Of a DNA stretch of 64,000 nt, positions 49,701-61,700 are shown piece after piece; positions within the stretch are counted from its first letter, which is position 1, and each line of letters starts with the position of its first letter. The notes below the pieces were generated by a model. The model had not been told where the DNA came from. It did no database searches and worked only from the letters and a program-made list of their open reading frames with translations. Origin of the DNA: Antedon mediterranea (lineage: Eukaryota; Animalia; Echinodermata). The translations under genes and the position numbers were made by a program. The stretch is taken from assembly GCF_964355755.1 (NCBI RefSeq), contig NC_092672.1, positions 38,260,437 through 38,324,436 on the forward strand. The letters run 5' to 3'.

Positions 49701-52700
49701 TCCCCATGCAATGAACAAGGGCCAATAAATGTATTAACACTACTGCCAACAGCCCTTCCCCATGCAATGAACAATGGGAAATAAATGTATTAACACTACT
49801 GCCAACAGCCCTTCCCCATGCAATGAACAAGGGGAACTAAATGTATTAACACTACTGCCAACAGCCCTTCCCCATGCAATGAACAAGTGCCAATAAATGT
49901 ATTAACACTACTGCCAACAGCCCTTCCCCATGCAATGAACAAGGGGAAATAAATGTATTAACACTACTGCCAACAGCCCTTCCCCATGCAATGAACAAGG
50001 GCCAATAAATGTATTAACACTACTGCCAACAGCCCTTCCCCATGCAATGAACAAGGGGAAATAAATGTATTAACACTACTGCCAACAGCCCTTCCCCATG
50101 CAATGAACAAGGGCCAATAAATGTATTAACACTACTGCCAACAGCCCTTCCCCATGCAATGAACAGGGGAAAATAAATGTATTAACACTACTGCCAACAG
50201 CCCTTCCCCATGCAATGAATAAGTGCCAATAAATGTATTAACACTACTGCCAACAGCCCTTCCCCATGCAATGAACAAGGGGAAATAAATGTATTAACAC
50301 TACTGCCAACAGCCCTTCTCCATGCAATGAACAAGGGCCAATAAATGTATTAACACTACTGCCAACAGCCCTTCCCCATGCAATGAACAGGGGAAAATAA
50401 ATGTATTAACACTACTGCCAACAGCCCTTCCCCATGCAATGAACAAGTGCCAATAAATGTATTAACACTACTGCCAACAGCCCTTCCCCATGCAATGAAC
50501 AAGGGCCAATAAATTTATTAACACTACTGCCAACAGGGGAAACACTTTATTAAGGACTCACTTTGTTGTGTTCTTAATCATTTATTGTGGTTCTACAATC
50601 TACAGTATTATTATCTGTCAATTTCTCATCAGCAAAAGAATATTCATTGTACAGACTTCTAATTTGTGTCACATAAAAGTGTAGGCAGTGGTACAGTACT
50701 TTCTCAAGAGTGCTGTATTCACTTGTATATTCAGTTTCTATAATTCATATTGTTTTGATGGAAATAGAATATATTAAACTCTAAATAATAAATGTCTATT
50801 CAAATGGCACGGTTGAGATTTACACTGATCTGATCAGATTAGCATTCAAAACATATTTCAGTTAATTAGCATATTCAGAACAGTTTATAATTGTATTTTG
50901 TGTAGTGAATTAAACATACTGGTTCAATCAGTAGTGTGTATTCATGTGAAATATTTGTGTTTCAGCATTAAAATAGGAAAATATTAATTCAGTAAAAATT
51001 TAATTAATCCCATTTTTAGTCGAACCACATTGATAAAGCAGTTAATGGAATATTTTTTGCTAATTCTGTTTTTAATTATTTTAAAAATACTTCCCAAAAA
51101 TGACATTGTCTGTTTTTATTTTAGTTTGAAGATAAGCAGCTTGCTTTGAATGGGTGGAACAAGATACAGAATGCTTGTCAAGTGTTAGGCTTTACATCAG
51201 AGGAGTGTAGGGCATTGTGGAGTGTTGTGGCTGCTATTATACACCTGGGTGCTGCAGGGGCAATGAAAGGTAATCACAAATGGTTTGCATTACTACAAAG
51301 TAATATGGAGGTTTGATGTGTGACACTTTGGAACTGGTTACTAGGTCATGTTAGTTTGTTTTGCTCATGCAAGGATATTGGGATATACTTCCTCACTCAA
51401 TTCCTCAATTCAACTCCACTCCCAAAGACTTGTAATAAGACTTTGTTTATGTAGAGCATCTTGTGTATACGTTTGTCTTGTGAACAGGATTGTCACCTTT
51501 AAGAAGGATAGTGAATGAATTCGCTTATGGTTATCCTTGGAAAATTGCCTAAATATACAAACAAACAAACAAGGACACCACAAGCAAAAACAAAAACTAT
51601 GCTTGCATTAAGTGTTGCAATACTTTACATAAATTAAAATAACATTATAATAACATTATTAACCTTTGACCTTTAGGTGCAGGAAGTGTCCGTTCACAGT
51701 TTGCTAGGCCCGTTGAAGCTCAAAAAGCTGCTAGTATCCTTGGAACATCACTGGAAGAGTTAGCAAGAGCTTGTTTTAACCCCAGAATAGGAGGAACCCC
51801 AACGAGAAGTCCATTGGCTAGGAATATCACAGAAGGCAGGGAGTCACCATCTGGTGATGGCAGTAGTTCTGCTGCCATAGAAGCTCTTCAAGGAATGGCA
51901 GTTGGTCTTTATCAGGAATGTGTCAATGCTCTTGTGTCCATGATTAACAAGTGAGTATTGCCTAAGAAGAGCAAGAATTTGATAATACATTTTTTAGTAC
52001 ACAAAATATCATAGAAAGGCAACAAATTTATATAAGGAAGCCTAAAGATCTGTCTACACTATCAAACTACTTTGACAAAAAAGTGTGATGTTCCCAAATA
52101 TGGTAGTGATATGACGATATATATATATATCATTTTTTGTCACATAAAGTTTGATAGTGTAGACAGAGCTTAACGTAACACTACGTTAACTAAAGATTTT
52201 GGTTATTTTTGGTAAAAACTTGAGTTAGTCTACGCTACATTGGAGGCTGTCATTTAAACTATCTAAGGTATCGCTACAAAGACTATTATTATTATTACTT
52301 CACTGAGTTCACAAACCTCAACAAACTGATTTTTTTTTTTTTTTTTGCAGGAAATTATCAACTACATATCGTACAGTAGCTTCCATACTTGTGTTGGACT
52401 CATGTGGGTTTCAGAACCCTACATCAGTGGGTCGCAATGAAGGAGCCAACCTGCAGGATTTGTTTAGCAACTATGCTCAAGAACGGTTACAGCTTTTGTT
52501 TCATGAATCAACGTTCACTTCTCAACATGATAGATATGCACAGGTAACTCAATTGAGTAAAGCTCTGTTTACACTGTCAAACTAGTTTAACAAAAAATGT
52601 GTGATATGCCCAAATATGGTAGTGACATGACATCATCATGTCCATATAGGCACATCACATTTTTTTGTCATATAAAGTTTGATAGAGCTTTAGATAGAGC

Positions 52701-55700
52701 TTAAGACTTCTTCCCAGTGATCAACAACGCTATATTTTAAACTATTTAATAATAAAACATACTATCAATGCAAATATCAGTATCAGTTTGTGTTGGATTA
52801 GAGTTCTCTTTTTTTCTATTTTAATTCTTAATTCAAAATGTTGATTTGTTTTCAGGAAAACATTGACTTGGGATTTGATGAGAAAGAGTCAACTCCAGCT
52901 GCAATGGTTGAAATGATAGACAGGCAGCAATCAGTAAGTCTCTACACAATTCTCAAAATATTATTTAATTTAACACCAATTTTCCATTAAAAAGCTATTT
53001 TACACAAGAAACAGTATGTTTTGAAACATCTTAAAACTTAACAATAATATTTGTTCCTAAAACTTAAAATTTGTTTCCTATTGTTAGATTCGTACATCTG
53101 GTCAAGATGGAGGTCTTCCAAAGGGGTTGCTCTGGTTACTGGATGAAGAGTCAATGTTTCCCAGTGCTTCAGATAGTTCATTTATGGATGTTGTTGAATT
53201 GAATTACAATGAAGAATCCAAGAAATGTAAGTCTGTTTACATTTTTTTAAATTGTGTTTTAGCCATTTTCATTTAAGCACATTAGAAAGAGGAATGAAAA
53301 GAAAAGACATTGGGTGTAAGTTCATCGTAGGCACTACACCATGACTGCTGTGTGTTCATAGAGGACCTATATGAATTTTCTCTTCAAGAGGAGAAATATT
53401 ATTAATCAAATAAAAATAAAAATGAAATAAATTCATCTCCTTCCTTTGAAAAGGTTTTTGTTTTCCTACACTAAATAAAACAACTTTACAACAAAACAAA
53501 AATTAGTTTTGTTTTGAATAATACAGCACAAATATCACTTTATTATTGAGAGCAACTTTTTGAAACCAACTTGTAATTCAAGTATAGTAAAAATTATAGT
53601 GACTGTATTTCTGTTTCACAGTGGATGGGCTATTTTTTAGTGGAGCTGAGAAGAACACGTTTGTACTCAATCATCTACTTGGAAGCATATCAGTGCAGTA
53701 CAACATTAAGAACTGGATCAAGTATAATAAAGAGAATGCATCAGTCAAGATGGCTATTTCACTTCTACAAGATTCACAAAAGTAAGTTGGCAATGCCTTT
53801 GTTTGTATTCATTGTTCAAAAGGACTTTTTATGGCTAAATAAACATTCTGAATTGAATTTTTTGTAAATATTTTTATTTTGATGATTGTTTGGTTTTGAC
53901 ACAACAACATTTTTTAATTTTATAAATATATCTTACATATTTGTATTGTTTTACTTTGATATGTTTGAAGTATTAAGAGCCAATTTGATAAGGGTTAGAG
54001 CTCATTGTCATGTATTATAATTTGTAAAACATTTTTAAACAAAAATGTGAACAATTGAAATTCATTTTTATGTGAAAACAACATATCCCAATTGTACTAA
54101 ACATATTTTGTTTAAATTCCATTTAACAGGAGTAACATCAGTAGCCTGTTTATAAGCATGTCTGGATCACTTCCTGCAACCATGATGGGTTCTGTTGCAG
54201 GCATAGAAGGTGCTTCGTCCCTACGTCGTGCCTCAAGTATACGACGTGCTTGGACAAGTGGCACCGCTGCTATAAAAAGAAAATCTGTATGTTTGCAATG
54301 TAAATTTCAAACGGTAAGCATAGTTTATCTAGACAGTATTTACAGCAATAATACAAATAGTTATGGCATGAACAATTGTATTTGGTTATATTTTATGTTA
54401 AGTGGTTATGATAATACTGTCCTTTCTAAATGGAGTGACTGTCTTTTGTTGTCAATATTTACCTTTACATCACTTTTAATTCCCCTACGCAAACACTTTC
54501 TTTTGTCCTAAACCTTCTCCTTTGTCTGTGGTTCCTTCTGTAGAATGTAAAAGGTACATATTTATTTTCTTATTATTGTAGGATGGCTTGTTAGACAGCA
54601 TCAGAAGAACCAAGCAGCATTTTGTTCAGTGTATCCTACCCAAGCCTGACGCTGGGTTAGTTGAGACAAGAAGTAATAAGTCATCCAGTGCAGCGATTAC
54701 TGATCTGCCCTTAGACATCCCATTGCTTGTTGCTCAGTTAAAAGGTCTTGAGGTACTGGAAGCTACAAGGCTCTACAGACAAGGTAACAGTCCAGACATT
54801 GTATAAAGCTACACTACACTATCAAACTTAATATATGGACATATCACTATATTTGGGCATAACACTACCATACTTGAAAACGGTTCCCTCCAATAGTCTG
54901 TGTGTTATAACAAAGAGGATTATTTTCAAATTTCAGTAATTCAAACTAAAGGTTTAATAATTAATAATATAATAATTAGTTAATTTGTTTTGTTTTCAGG
55001 CTTCCCAGAATGCATGATGTTTCCAGAATTCCGCAGAAAATTTGATATTTTGGATACCAGCAATGAGAAGACAGAGCCAATATTGGATGAAAAGAAGGTG
55101 AGTTAATAATTTTGTGGACCTTTTCTTGTGCACACTCATAGCTTGTTATACTTAACTACCAAGCTTCAGCTTCTTGACTGTTAAGGAGTAAATCATCATC
55201 ATCATCATAATCCTTGGTTATGTTATCCACTGCTCCTTAATCATTTTCCATTGCTCTTTCTCTAAAGTTATTGCCAAGTTAGAAGTTCCCAGATATTTCT
55301 TGATCTCGTTTCTCCGACTTTTTTCTTTTATTGTACAATACACAAAATGTTTCTTTAAATAAACTTACAGCACAAAATTCAACATACCTTGAATTTTGGT
55401 TGAATTTTGGTTGAATTTTGGTTTGAAGTTTGGTTTGAAGTTTGGTTTGAAGTTTGGTTTGAAGTTTGGTTGAAGTTTGGTTGAAGTTTGGTTTGAAGTT
55501 TGGTTTGAAGTTTGGTTTGAAGTTTGGTTTGAAGTTTGGTTTGAAGTTTGGGTTGAAGTTTGGTTTGAAGTTTGGTTTGAAGTTTGGTTTGAAGTTTGGT
55601 TTGAAGTTTGGTTTGAAGTTTGGTTTGAAGTTTGGTTTGAAGTTTGGTTTGAAGTTTGGTTTGAAGTTTGGTTGAAGTTTGGTTTGAAGTTTGGTTTGAA

Positions 55701-58700
55701 GTTTGGTTTGAAGTTTGGTTGAAGTTTGGTTTGAAGTTTGGTTTGAAGTTTGGTTTGAAGTTTGGTTTGAAGTTTGGTTTGAAGTTTGGTTTGAAGTTTG
55801 GTTTGAAGTTTGGTTTGAAGTTTGGTTTGAAGTTTGGGTTGAAGTTTGGTTGAAGTTTGGTTTGAAGTTTGGTTTGAAGTTTGGTTTGAAGTTTGGTTGA
55901 AGTTTGGTTTGAAGTTTGGTTTGAAGTTTGAAGTTTGGTTTTGGTTGAAGTTTGTTTAAAAAACCAGCACGTATGAACTTTCATTCCAATAGTACAATTC
56001 ATGTTAGTAAATATTGACTTTTAATACAATAGTTATTTTTAATGTTGAATTTCTTTTTCTATAGGCTGTAGGTGATTTACTTCAATGCTTGGATGTCGAT
56101 GCTACTAACTTTCGTATTGGTCTTAGCCAGGTAATTTACATTCGTTTAAGAAACTGGTTTATAATTTATGCAATTCTTATAGTTACAGTTTAGATTTGTA
56201 AACATCAGTAAAATGTTAGTTTCTTGTAAAACACAGAAAATGATAGGATAGTGTTGCCCAATTGGCTTAAAGGAGTTGACCTCTGGGATGACCTTAATAC
56301 CCATTAGTAATTTAACTTGTAATTCATACTGCAATTTGTAGTTCTTATTAGATCACATGACTTTTCACAGTTCATTAACCTTCCAGTGTTTAATGGTTTA
56401 AAGGTCAATAACCTTTGCTTCTGTATCCTTGATGTTAATCACAGCACAATTTTATAATCCCCACATTATGATATTAAAGTTTGAAAATCGTAAAAATTGA
56501 CGCATTCTTGGTAGTGGCCTTGGCATTTGCATTTTAATATATAAGGATTATGCAATGCAGACATCCTAGTATAGAGGCAATTTATCAAGATATTGCTCCC
56601 TCTATAAAATATACTTTGTACTGAACAAGTATCAATCTAATCGATTTACATTTAGTACACATTCTGTAACCCAATGTTCTACCAAAACAAACATAATAAG
56701 TGAAAGGCGAGGCCTCTCTAAGTTCACTCAATAACTGTCTATTTTATGCTGTTTTTAGCCAGGTTATATTGTAATTTTTCATGCCATTTCTCTTTAGGTC
56801 TTTTTTTAGTCTCTCATGTCATTTCTTGGTTACCATTGAGTTTATACTTAAGTAGTAATATTATAATGGTAATTTATATACCACATTCTTTGTTTTATTT
56901 GTGTATTCAACACCAAATTATAAAATTGGTAATTATTCAAGTCAACCACTTAACTCAATAAGTACTGTAATTTCATTATTTAGGTTTATAAAAAGCAATT
57001 TCCTAAGAAATATAGTATAAACTATTGCACATGTTAACCATTGAGTAAAATATCTAAGTCAAGGAGGAGGTAATTATTTGGTAATTTAACATGCATAGTA
57101 TAAACCTGAATTTAATAGTACCTCCCTGACTTAAGTTACTAGCTCAAGTTACTTAGTGTGCTTCTGGTATTGCTACTGTACCAAGTACTACTATAGTTGA
57201 GAAGTCTCTCTTTAGTAGTCCTTTCTTTGATGTTTACTAAGTTCTTATTCTGACCAAGACAAGGAATTAAGTACAGACAGGTTGCTTTGAAGTGTGGATA
57301 CCATTTAGTAGGTTTGTCTAGAATTATTTAAGTTTCTTAAGTAATGCGCAAAAACTTTGTTGGAATTTTATATTGATATTTTATTAGATTTTAGAATCTC
57401 CAAAGAAAACTATAAAACAATTTGATGTATATAGTATGTAGTATTGTTTGTTCTTTTCTGGTTCAGTAATGTTATTTTCATGTTGTAAATTTTTAAAACA
57501 TTAACAAAATAAAGTTGAGTATAAATAGGCTTTCCAAGAGGAAAACTTAAATGTTAAGCACTATAAACTAAGTAACTACAGAATCAATAAATTAGCATAA
57601 AGAAGAAAGAAGTGAAGAAAAAGTAATTGTTAAAGTAAACACTTAACTCTTCAACAAGATCAATAGGAACAGTTGTTACAACATACAAATACAAGTTACT
57701 TAACAATTAAGGTGGATATGAATGGAAGAGAAAGCAATGTATACTGCCTGTGAAGGGTTTGCTCCGTCAATATATTTATAGTACTGTAGTAAGTTTGTAA
57801 TTTAGGAGAATATTCAGGTTTTGTTTTATCATAAAATGAATTCACCAGCAGCAAAATCATAGGCAGCATTTTGAACAGAAATAAACCTGATTTGTGTTAT
57901 GTTGGTAGGATTATTGTAAGATATTATTATGTTCACAGCTTTTACATGTTTTAATATGTACATACTGTAACAAGTCAGTATTCATTAATAGCAGTTGTTT
58001 TCCCTTTTACTTCATTTGGCTTTACGCCCTAGGTTCTACTAGACTAATTATCATTTTTTTGCTTACATTTGTTGCTGAGAATTTGGGAGTATTTCTGGAT
58101 TTTGTAGCTTTGAAACGATTATATTTTGATTGTCATTCTTACACCTAAATCTATTTCTTCTTTTAAATTATACTATACATCATGCATATACCATTTATTT
58201 GATTGGTGAAAATAAAGCTAATTAATTAACAAGAACTATTACGCAGCATCTCTTAAGCAAACCAATGCAAATGAATACATCTACCTATGTTTGAAGTCCT
58301 TGTTGTATAATCCTTAAAGTTGATTCATTCATTCTTAATAGTTAATTATTCTAATTTATTAGTAGACAATTGACTAATTACCTCACTCTTATCAATAGGT
58401 GCTGCTATATATAAATTGAGTTAGTATAGATATATGATTTAATTACACCATTATCAATCATATTGTTTTGTGTTCTGTAATGCCTGCAACAGATTGCATA
58501 GTGCAGGTTGTCATTATACCATAATTGTCTACAACACAACATTTTAGTACTTATTCTACATAGTCCTATAGATCTGTTTGTTTTATGATATTTGCATTTC
58601 TGGATTTATTCATACAGTATATATTTGAACTGACTGAGGTTTATTTTGCATTTAGAAGAATTGTCCATGGTCTAGAAGAAAAGTTTGGTTTATATCTGGT

Positions 58701-61700
58701 ACAGAGAGTGTATAGTGAATATTTCTGGATTTATTCATGTATATTGAACTGATGCCTTAGGTTTATTTTGCCTTCAGAAGAATTGTCCATGGTCTAGAAG
58801 AAAAGTTTGGTTTATATCTGGTACAGAGAGTGTATAGTGAATATTTCTGGATTTATTCATGTATATTGAACTGATGCCTTAGGTTTATTTTGCCTTCAGA
58901 AGAATTGTCCATGGTCTAGAAGAAAAGTTTGGTTTATATCTGGTACAGAGAGTGTATAGTGAATATTTCTGGATTTATTCATGTATATTTGAACTGAGGC
59001 CTTATGAGGCCTTAGGTTTATTTTGCCTTCAAGAATTTCTTGTGTTCTAGGAGGAAATTGTTTGTTTATATCTGGTACAGAGAGTGTACAGTGAATATTT
59101 CTGGATTTTATGTCATCTAGCCTACTGTAGAACGATTTTATTAGATTCTCCTTTGTGATGTACCTAGCTAGATTTTGCCTGCAAGAATTTCTGGAATTTT
59201 AAGCTGATATCTGTGTGTTTAGTAGTAACCATAGTAATTTGTTTATATTACTCAGCTCTAAACACATATCACCTCCTTTAGGCCTACTAAATTCAAGTGG
59301 GGTTGTACCCCAAATATCAAATGAGGTCTATTTAGCATTTATTGGTGTGATGCTGTCTTGGTACAACACAATTTATTCTATTTCCACTGATGGGTTTCCA
59401 ATTGGATCTTATTAAATGGAGCAATTTTCAAAGAGCCCTATTTGTGCAACCAAACGATATCGAAGTGAGATTAAGGTAATTAATGACTACTGTATTTACA
59501 TAGGAAAATTAAATTTTTGTTCTTCTTTAGATCTTTGTTTTGCTTTTATTTTATCTCTTCTTCTTTATGTTTTAAGTTTTGTTTTCATTCTGAATCTCTT
59601 TCATTAGTATTCTATCACTTTTTCTTTCAGATTCTTTGTTTTATTTTTATTTCTTCTTCTTCTTTATGCTTTTAGTTTGTTTCCATTCTGAATCTCTCAC
59701 ATTAGTATTCCATAACTTCTTCTTTCAGATTTTTTTCCGCCCTGGATCTCTGTCTCGCCTTGAGGAGCAGAGAGATGATAAAGTGAGTGACATAGTAACT
59801 GAATTTCAAGCACGTTGTAAAGGTGTTTTAGCCAGAAGAAAACTCAAACATTTAAAGGTATATATTATATAATTTGTGTTTTATGTCTTGAGGCCAGCAT
59901 ACACATTGTACATTTGTAATCAGTACAACTATGTATTCTTGATTCATAGAAACATAATATAAATTAGACAAGACTACTGAATTTTTTAAAAAGTTAAAAA
60001 TTCAATGCCTTCAGGTAACCATCTGTAACCCTAGTTAATGACGCATGTGATTTCAATACTTTTGATTTTTATTCGTCGTTACATTCGATTTTTTGTAAAA
60101 CATGTTTGTACTGGTTAAAAACCTATGAGATGTATGCTGAAGCAACCCTGTTTTGCATATTGTCAATATCTATACTTTTAGGCGAAAACAACATATTTTA
60201 CTACATTTCAAAATGATTAAAATCACTGTAAAAATCAATTATAGATTATCCTATTTATGTACACTCATATAAAATAAAGAGTTTTAGAGGTGTGTGTTAG
60301 CCTCTCCATTCTTTCATTTTATTTCAGTTCATTCAATTTTACAAACAGACAAAAAATGTTTTTAAAGAAAAAGTACAAAAAACAATATTAACTAAATGAA
60401 CTGAGGATAACCCAAGAAATTAATAAAAAAAATATAAAAAATGTTTTCTCCTTCTTGTTGTATGTAAAGTTCAATAAATACATAATAAAATATATATTTT
60501 AAATTCAAGCATGTAAAAACTACATAACTAAATACATGACTAATCAGAAATTATACATTTTAATTGGTTGTTAATGTAAATAATAATAATTGTTGATATA
60601 AAGTTTGTGGTACACCACATATATTAATTCTGAAAAGACCAGTTTCTTGATGTATGGATAATCAATATGCTTTGATGGTCCTCAGCAGTGAGAATGGGAG
60701 GGAGTAAATAATATTTCCAATTGTTTTTGTAGATTCAGCGATTGGCAGTGACTTGTGTTCAACGCAATGTAAGAAAGTTCATCAAAGTTCAAGCATGGCC
60801 ATGGTGGCGTCTTTACACTAAAGTTCTACCACTTTTGGATATACATCGTACTGAAGAAGAACTTAAGATGAAAGATGTAAGAACTAAGTACTAAACAACT
60901 AAACTGTGATTCTTTCAAGTTGTTTCAATATCTATCTTTTCTGGTCATTTTTTAAATGTTTTTTTACAACTTTTATAGATTGAATTGGACCAACTGAAAA
61001 CCAAGTATGAAAGAATGGAAAAAGAACGCAATATCTTCAAAGAAAATTTTGAGAAAATGGAGTCAAAGGTAAATGACAAAATTGTTTGGTTTTTACTTGG
61101 AACATTGAGGATCAATTTGGGTCATCAGTTTCAAAGAAGAGAATCTTTAACCTTGTGTTGATTTCTTAAAGTAAGTTTAACATGAACACATAATTTATAT
61201 TTCATACAGATGGCTGAAATATCAGCAGATTTAACAGAAGAGCATGAAACAGCTAACCACGCCACAGAGATGTTAGAAGCCGAAACAGCAGAACGACTTA
61301 GACTTGATAAAGAACTCAAAGAACTAAAGGTAAGACAGAACCTAAAATGAAAGAATCCATCTTAAATTTAACTTTTTTGAAATCAAATCTTTAAAATCTA
61401 TAAAATAATGTTCTGTTTCCGTGTAGCATGTTATAAACTGGTTTTTTTTTATAACTATTATTGAGATAAGAGAAATAAACGTTCATTTGATTGATTTGGA
61501 TTGATTGGTTACAGACGGCACATTCCAATTTGCAACGAAAGATGGAGAAAATGGAAATGGAAGTAATGGAGGCAAGAATGGTTGCCAGGACGTCTTACAT
61601 CGATCCAGATTATGACAGTGACGAAGAAGAAGAAGGTATGACATCATTATCTCAGTTTAATCATTTCAGTTATTTATATTTGTCAGTACAATTTCTACAG

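Noticed and set aside
47346-50536. CRISPR-like array or coding repeat (85-aa ORFs)
   Set aside because: No unique spacers, eukaryotic intron, no cas genes; the ORFs are by-products of the satellite.
55379-56002. 207-aa and KFGL/FEVW repeat ORFs as real proteins
   Set aside because: Translations of a 12-bp minisatellite within a MYO18A intron, bounded by normal splice sites.
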